A DNA stretch of 64,000 nt from Polyangiaceae bacterium (GTDB lineage: Bacteria > Myxococcota_A > Polyangia > Polyangiales > Polyangiaceae). The stretch is taken from positions 416,001-480,000 of the forward strand of contig CBDCTZ010000005.1 in assembly GCA_965222375.1 (NCBI GenBank), read 5' to 3'. Below the pieces are notes generated by a model. That model searched no databases and was not told where the DNA came from. It saw only the letters and a program-made list of their open reading frames with translations. Positions within the stretch are counted from its first letter, which is position 1. Each line of letters opens with the position of its first letter. The position numbers were made by a program, and so were the translations under genes. Of the stretch, positions 20,268-29,454 are shown in pieces.

Positions 20268-21590
20268 ATGAGAGCCGGGCTTGCGCTTGCAGCCATGGCC
20301 TTGGCCGGCTGCGGAAGCGAGCTGGTCGAGCCTGGGCAGCTCTATCTGGTGCACGGCGATGAACCGGATCCGTTTTTGCAATCTCCGGAGGTGAAGCGTG
20401 TCGTCGTCGAGCGGGTCGCCGACTCTGGCAAGGCGACCACAATCGTCGATCAGGCCGCCCCACCGTCGCGAATCGAGCTGTCCCAGGGGGGGATCGCCAG
20501 CTTTCGGCTCGAGGGCACTGACGCTAGCGACGCGCTCCGGGTGTACGGCAGGTCGATCCCGATCCAAACCGCCGGCGTCGCCGCCCTCAGCCTTCCGTTG
20601 TTCGTCTCACGCACGGGCGCTTTCGCCCGAGCCCCAGGTCAACTCCAAGGCCAGGTCGGGCAGAGCCCGGCGCTGGCGATGGTCGGCGGCCGCTTCCTCT
20701 TCGGGGCCGGGGGAGCAGACGGAGAGCGCGCGGGAACGGACAGCTACGATCTGGGTGTGTGGGCACCCATCAAGAGCCCGCTGTCTCTCGGTTGCCCCAC
20801 CCCACCCTGCCGCATTCTATCCGTGGCTTCGGTCGAGACGACGCTGCTCGCGGTCGGCAGCGATTGGGCAATTTGGGTCGACCTCGCGAATGGAAGCAAC
20901 GGCGAGGCAGAGCCCCCGAGTGGGCTCGGGAGCTGGGCGGGTATCGCTGGGGGTCGCACCGTGGACGCGGGACAAGCGGGCAGGTTCATCGTGGGCCCCA
21001 CCCGCGAAGGCGAGCCCAGCAACCTGGCGGTGCGCCTGACAGCCGAGTTGGAACTCGAGACCATCACTTTGGCGACCCGAGCTGGAGCCGCGGCGTCATG
21101 GGTGAGCGGCCGGGGCCTTGCAGTGGTTGGAGGCAGCGATTCTTCGGCCGGAGTGGAGATCGTAGCGCCGGGTTCGACTGCGGGCGTCGTGCTCCCCTAC
21201 CCGCCAGATCCCACCACCGGAGCAGCGCTGGTGGCGCGGGACGATAGGGTGTGGCGGGTAGGCGGTCGCAGCGCTGGTGCCGATGCCCCGAGCGTAGAGC
21301 TGTCGCTGATCTGCGGCTCGAACTGCACGGCCGCGCAGATCGGAAACCCGCTTTCACTCGGCCCCTGCCAGGCCTTCGACAGGGCCGGAGAGGTGTTGAT
21401 CGTCGGTGTCGATGCCGCCGGCAAGACCCGGGCGAAAGCTGGCCTCGACGGCGCGTCTATCCCACTCAGGGTGCCCCGCAGCGGCGGCTCGGCGCTGGCG
21501 CTACCCACCGGCCACATCGCACTGCTTGGTGGCACCGCCGACAACGGCGGGCCCGTCACCCAACTGGAACTCTTCGCCCCAGAAAACTGA
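20268..21590 (+). CDS. Hypothetical lipoprotein, possible kelch-like beta-propeller
   Basis: Lipobox LAGC; recurring VGG/LGG motifs after hydrophobic strands. Confidence 0.65.
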   Translation: MRAGLALAAMALAGCGSELVEPGQLYLVHGDEPDPFLQSPEVKRVVVERVADSGKATTIVDQAAPPSRIELSQGGIASFRLEGTDASDALRVYGRSIPIQTAGVAALSLPLFVSRTGAFARAPGQLQGQVGQSPALAMVGGRFLFGAGGADGERAGTDSYDLGVWAPIKSPLSLGCPTPPCRILSVASVETTLLAVGSDWAIWVDLANGSNGEAEPPSGLGSWAGIAGGRTVDAGQAGRFIVGPTREGEPSNLAVRLTAELELETITLATRAGAAASWVSGRGLAVVGGSDSSAGVEIVAPGSTAGVVLPYPPDPTTGAALVARDDRVWRVGGRSAGADAPSVELSLICGSNCTAAQIGNPLSLGPCQAFDRAGEVLIVGVDAAGKTRAKAGLDGASIPLRVPRSGGSALALPTGHIALLGGTADNGGPVTQLELFAPEN

Positions 21591-21595
21591 GCCGC

Positions 21596-22489
21596 TCAGG
21601 CCACTGGCACTACGTGACCAGCCGCCGACACAATGGCGTCTTGGAGCGGAGCCCGCGCCTGTGCCCCCGGCCACAGTACGACTCGGCGAAACGCGCCGCT
21701 GCCCTGGACTACGGCGCCCGCCCCGATGATCGCCATGTCCGCATCCACCTCTTCGGCTAGTTGAGCGCCCTCGCCCAGGAACAGCCTGCCACCCGCCTCA
21801 CGCTCTAGCCACTGCATGTTCGCCGCGTGGTAGCTCCTCGGGTCTCCGAGGTCCGACCAGGAGCCACTCACGTCGGCTGTCTCGACAATCCCGCCTTGCG
21901 CAAGCTCCACCAGGGCAACATCCCCGATCAGGCAGCCAACCTCGGGCAAGGCGTCCAAGAGCCGCTTGCCCACCCCCGCGACGCCGATGTAGTCGCCACT
22001 CCGAGCCTCGCTGCCGAAGACCTGCCCACGCAGTCGCACGACGTGGCCGCGGACGTTCAGACCGACGGTGCCCTCCCCTACCGGTCTCGGCGCCACCGCC
22101 AAGCACAACCCACCGCCAGCCGCCGAACTCAGCAGGTCCGCGATGGGTGGGGCGGCGGCGATGTCACCATTCCACAGCAACACCGGTGGTCCCGACAGAA
22201 GCTGGCGCGCGCCGCACAGGCCCCCGGCCGTGCCTCGGATTTCAGGTTCGTGTATCAGCTCAACTTTCAGAGCTATCTGACGGGAAATGTTATTGAATTC
22301 CCCTTTCAGATGGTGAGTATTCACAACCATCCGATCGAAACCAGCCGCGCGGAGCTGGTCGGCGATATGCGCCAACACCGGGCGATCCCCGAGGGGCACG
22401 AGGGGCTTGGGGAGCTCTTCAGTCAACGGCCGAAGCCGCGTACCCAGCCCGGCACACAACACCATGGCGGATGCCACTGCATCCATCAT
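21596..22489 (-). CDS. Sugar-phosphate nucleotidyltransferase (MurU/GCD1-like)
   Basis: AMVLCAGLGTRLRPLTEELPKPL, VNTHH, GTAGG, LWNGD, WSDLG. Confidence 0.85.
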   Translation of the reverse strand: MMDAVASAMVLCAGLGTRLRPLTEELPKPLVPLGDRPVLAHIADQLRAAGFDRMVVNTHHLKGEFNNISRQIALKVELIHEPEIRGTAGGLCGARQLLSGPPVLLWNGDIAAAPPIADLLSSAAGGGLCLAVAPRPVGEGTVGLNVRGHVVRLRGQVFGSEARSGDYIGVAGVGKRLLDALPEVGCLIGDVALVELAQGGIVETADVSGSWSDLGDPRSYHAANMQWLEREAGGRLFLGEGAQLAEEVDADMAIIGAGAVVQGSGAFRRVVLWPGAQARAPLQDAIVSAAGHVVPVA

Positions 22490-22577
22490 GTCAGACCAAG
22501 AGCAGAACGGTAAACTCGCACGGTCCCTTGGCCGAATATTCGGCCGGGTTCCCGGGGGCGTGGTACCGGCCATCAGC

Positions 22578-23075
22578 ATGAAGGTGCTGCGCTCCATGAC
22601 CACGGCCGCTTGGGCCTTCGGCTACGCATTCATGGTCGTGCACTCCACGGGTTGCGGCACGGACGCCGTTGGCGTGGATGAATGCCGCGACATCGAGTCC
22701 GCCCGTTGCGAAGCCGGCGCATTCTGCGGCCTGGTGGACGACGTGGGCCAATGCAAGCGCTTCTACCGGGATCAGTGTCTTCACGGCCTCGCCAACGGCG
22801 ACCGTCCGGGCTCCCCCCAAGTCAAGGCGTGCATTGCGACCATCCGCGCGGCCGGGCAGTGCGCGAAAGACGGCGCGGAGGACGTCTCGAGCTGCACCGC
22901 ACTGCCGTCCCAGACGATCCACGCCAAAGTCTGTGACGTGATCCTGCGGCCCGAAGGCGCGGTCGACTGCGACTTCCTCGGGGCGCCAGTGGAGATCCCC
23001 GACGCTTCTCCCGACGTGGCGGCAGACGCGGCCGTAGGCGCGGACGCCGCATCGGGGGATGCGGGGTCCGATTGA
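22578..23075 (+). CDS. Cys-rich hypothetical lipoprotein
   Basis: Signal ending STGC, many Cys, DA-rich tail. Confidence 0.7.
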   Translation: MKVLRSMTTAAWAFGYAFMVVHSTGCGTDAVGVDECRDIESARCEAGAFCGLVDDVGQCKRFYRDQCLHGLANGDRPGSPQVKACIATIRAAGQCAKDGAEDVSSCTALPSQTIHAKVCDVILRPEGAVDCDFLGAPVEIPDASPDVAADAAVGADAASGDAGSD

Positions 23076-23605
23076 TGCGAGGCCTGCGCGCCCTACTGTC
23101 ACTCAGCACCATGCTGGCAATCGGCTGCGCCAAACCGCCACCGGAGGGCCCGCCGAAACCGAAGCACCAGACCGCCGAAGAGGAGATCCTCCGGGTCGGG
23201 CTGCGCTGGCAGTCCATGCAAGAAGAGCGGGGTTTCCTGCCCGCACCCAACCCCATCGAGACCTTCGAGCGCACCATCTCCTCCCACTTGACCTTCGCCC
23301 GGGGCTCGGAGAGTGCGGAGGAACGCGTGGCGGTCAAGGAGCGACTCACTCTGCGCACTGGCGACCGCCTCAACTGTGAGGCCTCGGGAGGGGTCCGTAC
23401 GACTCTGCGCTACGGTCGCCACAAGGGCCAGGCAGCGTTGCAGCTGACTCGGCCACCGGCGGTATTGACTCGAAATTGCAACGGTACCCCGCCGGAGGTT
23501 GCCATCGAAATGCCGGGGGGAGCCTCACGCCTGGAGTTGCGCTCGGACCAATTGGTCACCTACGAACCCCTAGGCGACCAGCGCATCTATTTGCCAGCAG
23601 ACTGA
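23075..23605 (+). CDS. Hypothetical lipoprotein
   Basis: TGATG overlap with the previous gene; lipobox AIGC. Confidence 0.7.
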   Translation: MRGLRALLSLSTMLAIGCAKPPPEGPPKPKHQTAEEEILRVGLRWQSMQEERGFLPAPNPIETFERTISSHLTFARGSESAEERVAVKERLTLRTGDRLNCEASGGVRTTLRYGRHKGQAALQLTRPPAVLTRNCNGTPPEVAIEMPGGASRLELRSDQLVTYEPLGDQRIYLPAD

Positions 23606-23689
23606 GGCAAAAACCTGGGCAAACCCCAGCCCTTCGCCGCGGGACTTTCGGCGCTGCCCGGGTTCCGCTAAGTCTCCCGGCCGAGCTCC

Positions 23690-24793
23690 ATGAGCGTACG
23701 TCTTAGCTGGCTTCTGTCCCTCCTCCTTTTCGGCTGCGGTACCAGTCCCGCAGGGACGGGCATCGACTTGCCCACGGTCGTGGCCGTCTCCCCCGAGGAT
23801 TTCCGCGGCAGCGTTCCGTGCACCGATGCCCCCGGTGCGATGCGTGCCTTCGTGGCCACCTTGACCGACCTCGGTACCACGGAAGAGCCCATCAGCTTTT
23901 CACTGCCCAGCTCCGTGGTGCGCACTTCCGAGCTGGATGGGCGCTTTGGTCCCATCCCTTGTGAACAGGCAGCGGGCTTCTCCTTCGTCGTGCCTGGTCA
24001 CAAGTACTCGGCGGAAGTCGAGGCCTATGACCGCACCGATCTCGTCGCCCTCGGCCCAGGGAGTCGCATCTTGGTCGACCCCGCGAGCGGCAACTACGTT
24101 CCACCGCGCTGGACCACGTCCTGCGGCACCGACCCGGGCACCCTGGGCCGTGGCCCCGTAACGGCAGCGCTGTTCCGCACCCGCTACGTGCAGGGCTGCG
24201 GCACCCTCAGCGAAGCGTATAGCTCCGAGACGGCGCTTCGAGTAGTGACCAGCGCCGCCCAAGGCAGCGTGGAGTGCGGCGAGGGCACGGCCGACATCGA
24301 GCGTTTCGAAGCCACCCTGGTCGAGACCGGCGCGACCCAGACGGTGTCCTGTGGTGAAGATGTCGTCTTCGGCTCCCTGGAAGGCGGCGTCGCGTACAAC
24401 ATCGAGCTCTTCGGCTTCGCCAAGGGCGAGCTATTCCCCACCTGGGGCACTACATGCTTTCGCACAGCGCAGCCCGGCGCCATCGTCGACGCCGGCTGCG
24501 CAACGGTCCTCGCTTCCGGAAGCATGGAGGTCGAGACTTCCTCCGTCGTCGCAGCCCTGGGCGAGAGCTGCGGGCCCACCGGAATCGTGACCGTGTCTGG
24601 GGATATTCTGGTCACGGGCAACCCCAAGAGCGTGCCTTGCGGCGCCGCGATTCGATTCAGCGGACTCGAGCCAAAGAGCTACGGTGTGCGCGTGCGAACC
24701 ACGCGCGCGGACGGCTCGGCAGGCCCCACGGCGATTTGTGACGCGGTGGTCGCGCCCGGCGTCGCTCGCCGCGCGAGTTGTCAACCCGAATGA
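23690..24793 (+). CDS. Cys-rich hypothetical lipoprotein
   Basis: Lipobox LFGC; repeated beta-rich modules with paired Cys. Confidence 0.7.
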   Translation: MSVRLSWLLSLLLFGCGTSPAGTGIDLPTVVAVSPEDFRGSVPCTDAPGAMRAFVATLTDLGTTEEPISFSLPSSVVRTSELDGRFGPIPCEQAAGFSFVVPGHKYSAEVEAYDRTDLVALGPGSRILVDPASGNYVPPRWTTSCGTDPGTLGRGPVTAALFRTRYVQGCGTLSEAYSSETALRVVTSAAQGSVECGEGTADIERFEATLVETGATQTVSCGEDVVFGSLEGGVAYNIELFGFAKGELFPTWGTTCFRTAQPGAIVDAGCATVLASGSMEVETSSVVAALGESCGPTGIVTVSGDILVTGNPKSVPCGAAIRFSGLEPKSYGVRVRTTRADGSAGPTAICDAVVAPGVARRASCQPE

Positions 24794-24836
24794 CGCACCC
24801 GGTTGCGCACTGAGCGCGCTCCACTAGGGTACCTCC

Positions 24837-25646
24837 GTGAGCTACGGCCAGCAGCAATTCGTTCTTCCCAAGCCCGGACGGGCACTGAAGGGCGTCATGC
24901 TCGGGCTGTTCGCGATTTGGCTCGCGTTCGCCCTGGGGATGAACTGGGCCAACGTTCCCCCCGAGACCTTCTACCTCTTCGCTGGCAATACCCAGCTCAT
25001 TCTGGAGGGGCAGGTCTGGCGCATCTTCACGGCCCCCCTGCTGCACGTACCCAGCGTCGGCGGGATCGCATTCGTGCTGATTGGTCTGTACTTCCTCACG
25101 CCAACCCTCGAGGAGCAATGGGGAGGCGCACGTCTGCTGCGCTTCCTCGCCCTCTCCAGCATCTTCGCCTACCTATTCCAGGCGTTGTTGGAGCTGGCCC
25201 TGGGCGCCAACCTCGCCGCCAAGCTCGTCGGAGAACATTGGCTTTCGGCCATTCCGGCCATCGAGGCCGTCGCCATCGCCTGGGCCCTCACGTTCCGGGG
25301 CCAGACGGTACGCCTCTTCTTCATCCTGCCCGTCACTTCGCGGGGCTTGATCCTATTCGTGGTCGGCATGTCTGTGCTCTACGTGATCACCCTCGAGAAG
25401 CCCATGTGCGGACTGCTCTCGCCCTTCGGCGGCATGATCGCGGGTTACATCTTTGGCGGCGGCACGCCCTCACCGGCGCGCCGCTTCTGGCTGAGCATGC
25501 GCTTGGCGCGCCTCGAGCGTGAAGCCAAACGGGACCGCAGCTCCCGAAAGCGCCGCGTGCAAGGTTCCGGCTTGCGGGTCATCTCCGGCGGACAAGGTGA
25601 CGACGACGACGACAAGCGCGGCCCGGACGGCAACCTGCTGAACTAG
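24837..25646 (+). CDS. Rhomboid-superfamily membrane protein, catalytically degenerate (DUF1751-like)
   Basis: GQVWRIFTAPLLH, LEEQWG, multiple TMs; no GxSG or AHxGG. Confidence 0.75.
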   Translation: MSYGQQQFVLPKPGRALKGVMLGLFAIWLAFALGMNWANVPPETFYLFAGNTQLILEGQVWRIFTAPLLHVPSVGGIAFVLIGLYFLTPTLEEQWGGARLLRFLALSSIFAYLFQALLELALGANLAAKLVGEHWLSAIPAIEAVAIAWALTFRGQTVRLFFILPVTSRGLILFVVGMSVLYVITLEKPMCGLLSPFGGMIAGYIFGGGTPSPARRFWLSMRLARLEREAKRDRSSRKRRVQGSGLRVISGGQGDDDDDKRGPDGNLLN

Positions 25647-25710
25647 CCCGGCGCCGCCCCAGAGCTCTGTATTTTGCTGGTGCACGCTTCGTGCTAAAGC
25701 CGTCTGCAAC

Positions 25711-26262
25711 GTGGAGCTGGTGCTGGAAGCCGATGCCGCGCAGCGCGGTTTGCGTCGTGTCGCGGGCCAAATTGTGGAACGCAACCACGGCCTGAAAGAC
25801 GTGGTCCTGATCGGGATCCGTCGTGGCGGCGAACCCATTGCCGAGCAGCTCGCGCACTGGCTCAAGGAGCTCGAAGACGCAGATGTCCCCCGAGGCAGCA
25901 TCGACATCACGCTATACCGAGACGACAGCGCGACCGCGCTCGCCAATCCCAAGATTGGCCCCAGTCAAATCCCCGGATCGCTACAGGACAAGATCGTCGT
26001 GCTGTGCGACGACGTGGTCTACACCGGGCGTACCGTGCGAGCAGCGATTGACGCCATGATGGACTACGGAAGGCCGCGTCGAATCGAGCTCGCGGCCTTG
26101 GTCGACCGGGGCGGGCGTGAGCTCCCGATTCAACCGGACTACTCCGTGGTCAAGTTGGACCTAGAGCACACGGACCGCGTCGACGTGATGGATGACGCCA
26201 TCGGGCTCAGAGCCATCGTGCACTCCACCGGGGCGCGCTCAGTCGTGCCGAGTTTCATATGA
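25711..26262 (+). CDS. pyrR: Bifunctional pyr regulator / uracil PRTase PyrR
   Basis: [41 protein letters not shown]. Confidence 0.93.
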   Translation: MELVLEADAAQRGLRRVAGQIVERNHGLKDVVLIGIRRGGEPIAEQLAHWLKELEDADVPRGSIDITLYRDDSATALANPKIGPSQIPGSLQDKIVVLCDDVVYTGRTVRAAIDAMMDYGRPRRIELAALVDRGGRELPIQPDYSVVKLDLEHTDRVDVMDDAIGLRAIVHSTGARSVVPSFI

Positions 26263-27203
26263 CCAGCGACCGCATGAGGCACCTGCTCTCCGCGTCCGAC
26301 CTGGACGCCGAGAGCGCTTATCGCATCCTGGACACCGCGAAGGCCTTCCTCGAGGTCAGCCGGCGCCCGATTCGCAAGGTGCCAACCCTGCGCGGCAAGA
26401 CGGTGATCAACTGCTTCTTCGAGGCCTCAACCCGCACTCGAACCAGCTTCGAATTGGCTGGCAAGCGCCTGGGTGCCGATGTGGTCAACATGGGCGGCGC
26501 CGGCTCCAGCACAAGCAAGGGCGAAACCCTGAAGGACACCGTTGCGACTCTGGACGCCATGCACGCCGACGTGATCGTGGTGCGTCACGGCGCGAGCGGA
26601 GCACCCCACTACGTCGCGGAGCGCGCCCGCGCGGCGGTGGTCAACGCCGGTGACGGCATGCACGAGCACCCGACGCAGGCACTGCTCGATGCTTTCACGA
26701 TCCGCCAGCACATGGGCAAGCTCGAGGGGCTTCGAATCACCATCGTCGGCGACATTCAGCACAGCCGGGTGGCACGCTCGAACGCGATCCTGCTCTCCTT
26801 GCTCGGAGCGAAAGTATCCGTGGCCGGCCCGCGCACCATGTTGCCCTTCCCCGAAGACGCCCTTGGGGTCCGCAGCTACGACCGCCTGGAGCCTGCCCTC
26901 GAAGGGGCCGACGTGGTCATGATGCTGCGGATCCAACGCGAGCGTTTGGGCGGAGCGTTGTTCCCAAGCCTGCGTGAGTACTCCCAAGTGTATGGTCTAA
27001 ACGCGAAGCGCCTCGATCTAGCGAAGAAGGACGCCATCGTGATGCACCCAGGCCCCATGAACCGGGGAGTCGAGATCGCCGACGACATCGCCGACGGCCC
27101 CCGCAGCGTCGTCCTCGATCAAGTGGAGGCGGGCGTGGCCGTGCGCATGGCGGTGCTCTACGTCTGCGCGAGCGAGCCGGGCTCACCTATCGCAGACGCT
27201 TGA
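26259..27203 (+). CDS. pyrB: Aspartate carbamoyltransferase catalytic subunit
   Basis: [47 protein letters not shown]. Confidence 0.96.
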   Translation: MTSDRMRHLLSASDLDAESAYRILDTAKAFLEVSRRPIRKVPTLRGKTVINCFFEASTRTRTSFELAGKRLGADVVNMGGAGSSTSKGETLKDTVATLDAMHADVIVVRHGASGAPHYVAERARAAVVNAGDGMHEHPTQALLDAFTIRQHMGKLEGLRITIVGDIQHSRVARSNAILLSLLGAKVSVAGPRTMLPFPEDALGVRSYDRLEPALEGADVVMMLRIQRERLGGALFPSLREYSQVYGLNAKRLDLAKKDAIVMHPGPMNRGVEIADDIADGPRSVVLDQVEAGVAVRMAVLYVCASEPGSPIADA

Positions 27204-27283
27204 GACCTGAGTCCGTTTGGTTTTTGGGGGATGGCGCGCCAATCCCGTCATCGAGAGTTCTTCGCGGCCCCCGCGGCGGCTCC

Positions 27284-28138
27284 CTAAGCGTTGAGATCGA
27301 TCTGTGTCGCCGTCGGCAGCGTTTCCGTGAGAAAGCGCGACGCCACGGCCTCGAAGCTCGCGGGCAGGTCGGTCACCAGGAGATCGAGGCGCCGGGGCTG
27401 GCTCGGATTCGGGTTCGGCGAAAGACGCTGTTCGTCCACATACTGCAGGACCGCACGGGCCGTGGCTTCCGCGCTGTCGACCACGGGCACTGGCATGCCG
27501 GCGATACTCTCAGCGACGCGTTCAATCACCGGGCGCAGCAACGGGTAGTGCGTGCAACCCAATACAAGAACCCGCACGCCTTGCTGGATCAGCGGCTTCA
27601 GATAACGAGCAACAGCGAGTTCCGGCACGTCACCGTCAAGCCACCCCTCTTCGACCAAGGGGACCAAGAGCGGCGCCGGCGCCGCCAAGACTTCCAAACG
27701 AGTCGATAACTTCGCTACCGCCCGTGGGTAGGCACCCGAGCTCACCGTCCCGGCTGTACCCAGCACTCCGATCTTCACGTCACCCGCTCCCGCCGCGGCA
27801 GCCGCCTCTGCGGCCCGCACCGCGGCCTGAGCGCCGGGCTCCACCACCCCAAGAACCGGCAGGTCGAGTTCAGCCCTAAGTACTTCGATGCTGACAGCGC
27901 TGGCCGTGTTGCACGCCACCACCAGGGCCTTGATTCCCCGCTGAACCAGCACCCGCGCGCAACCCCGAGCGTAACGCACAACGGTTTCCGCGGAGCGGGT
28001 TCCGTACGGAACGCGCGCCGTGTCGCCCAGATAGATGATGTTCTCTCCGGGCAACGCCACATTCATTGCGTGCACTACGGTCAGCCCGCCAAGCCCGGAA
28101 TCGAATACACCGACAGGCAGTGTCGGGTCTGGGTTCAC
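27284..28138 (-). CDS. murI: Glutamate racemase
   Basis: FDSGLGGLTV, DTARVPYG, ACNTAS, LGCTHYP. Confidence 0.96.
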   Translation of the reverse strand: MNPDPTLPVGVFDSGLGGLTVVHAMNVALPGENIIYLGDTARVPYGTRSAETVVRYARGCARVLVQRGIKALVVACNTASAVSIEVLRAELDLPVLGVVEPGAQAAVRAAEAAAAAGAGDVKIGVLGTAGTVSSGAYPRAVAKLSTRLEVLAAPAPLLVPLVEEGWLDGDVPELAVARYLKPLIQQGVRVLVLGCTHYPLLRPVIERVAESIAGMPVPVVDSAEATARAVLQYVDEQRLSPNPNPSQPRRLDLLVTDLPASFEAVASRFLTETLPTATQIDLNA

Positions 28139-29452
28139 TCAAATATCCTCGATACGAATCAACCGTGGGCTACTTCGCATGAAGCCTTGCTTGCCGATGG
28201 CGCGCACGGCTCGTTGAACTTCGCCCTCCCGGCAGTCGTGGGTGATGAGCAGGACAGGCACGGCACCATCTTCAGCTGTCGCCCGCCCCTCTTGCACCAT
28301 CTGTTCGATGCTGACACCGGCATCGCCCAGATGCGTGGCAATCTGCCCCAACACGCCTGGCGTATCGCCAACATCAAATCGCAGGTAGAAGCGTGAGGTC
28401 ACGTCATCCATGGACGCGATGGGTCGCTGCTTCATCTGGATGGCGCGCGTGAACAGTCCCGGTTCGCCTTCCATTTTGGAGCGAGCGACATCGACGACAT
28501 CTGCCACGACACTCACGGCCGTCGGCATGTCCCCGGCGCCTTTGCCAACCAGTAAACAAGGCCCGAGCGCACGCCCCATGATGAACGCGCCGTTGAGCAC
28601 ACCGTCGACGTTGGCGAGCACGCTGCCCTTTGGCACCAGCGTCGGGTGCACCCGCAGCTCCACTTTCTCTCCCAGGTCCCGACCGATGGCCAGGTGTTTG
28701 ATGGTGTAGCCGAAGCGATCCGCAAAACGGAAATCCAGCTGGTCGATGGCGCGGATCCCCTCCACGGAAAGCGCTTCAGCGTCCACCCGAGCGCCAAAAG
28801 CCAGCATGCTGATGACCACCAGCTTCTGCGCCGCGTCGTGGCCATCCACGTCCAGGGTCGGATCGGCCTCCGCGTATCCCTTGGCCTGCGCCTCCGCCAG
28901 TACCTCTTCAAAACTGACGCCGTCGTCGCGCATGCGGGTCAGGATGTAGTTGCAGGTGCCATTCAAAATGGCGTGGACTGACTCGACCCAATCGCTCGTG
29001 AGCGCTTCACGCAGCGTCCGAATGATCGGGATCCCCCCGCCGACAGAAGCTTCGAAGGCCAAGTCCACTCCGGCGTCGACGGCTTGTTCGACTAGTGCCG
29101 GCCCATGCTTCGCCAACAGCAACTTGTTAGCCGTAACGACCCCCTTGCCGTGCTCGATGGCCCGCTGCACGTAGTTCTTGGCCGGGCCATCCCCTCCCAT
29201 GACTTCGACCACGACGTCCACGTCCGGACCCAACACTAGTTCCGGATCTGTCGTAATCCATGCTCGCTCGCACTCCGCAACCCGGTCTTTTTCCGGGTCG
29301 CGCACCAGAACATGCTTCACCTCCAGCGGCGCCCCTACCCGCGACGCCAGATACTCGGCGTTGTCCCGAATCAGGCGAAGCACACCGCCACCAACGGTGC
29401 CGCAACCCAAAAGCCCAATACGCACGGGAAACCTAACGCGTTCCTTTTCCAA
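28139..29452 (-). CDS. hom: Homoserine dehydrogenase with ACT domain
   Basis: GCGTVGGG, VTANK, FEASVGGGIP, NGTCNYILT, GYAEADP. TTG start after GGAGG. Confidence 0.94.
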   Translation of the reverse strand: MEKERVRFPVRIGLLGCGTVGGGVLRLIRDNAEYLASRVGAPLEVKHVLVRDPEKDRVAECERAWITTDPELVLGPDVDVVVEVMGGDGPAKNYVQRAIEHGKGVVTANKLLLAKHGPALVEQAVDAGVDLAFEASVGGGIPIIRTLREALTSDWVESVHAILNGTCNYILTRMRDDGVSFEEVLAEAQAKGYAEADPTLDVDGHDAAQKLVVISMLAFGARVDAEALSVEGIRAIDQLDFRFADRFGYTIKHLAIGRDLGEKVELRVHPTLVPKGSVLANVDGVLNGAFIMGRALGPCLLVGKGAGDMPTAVSVVADVVDVARSKMEGEPGLFTRAIQMKQRPIASMDDVTSRFYLRFDVGDTPGVLGQIATHLGDAGVSIEQMVQEGRATAEDGAVPVLLITHDCREGEVQRAVRAIGKQGFMRSSPRLIRIEDI

Positions 29453-29454
29453 GA

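Noticed and set aside
25647..25710. PyrR-binding attenuator upstream of pyrR
   Set aside because: No recognisable PyrR-binding-loop consensus or terminator/antiterminator in the 64-bp gap.
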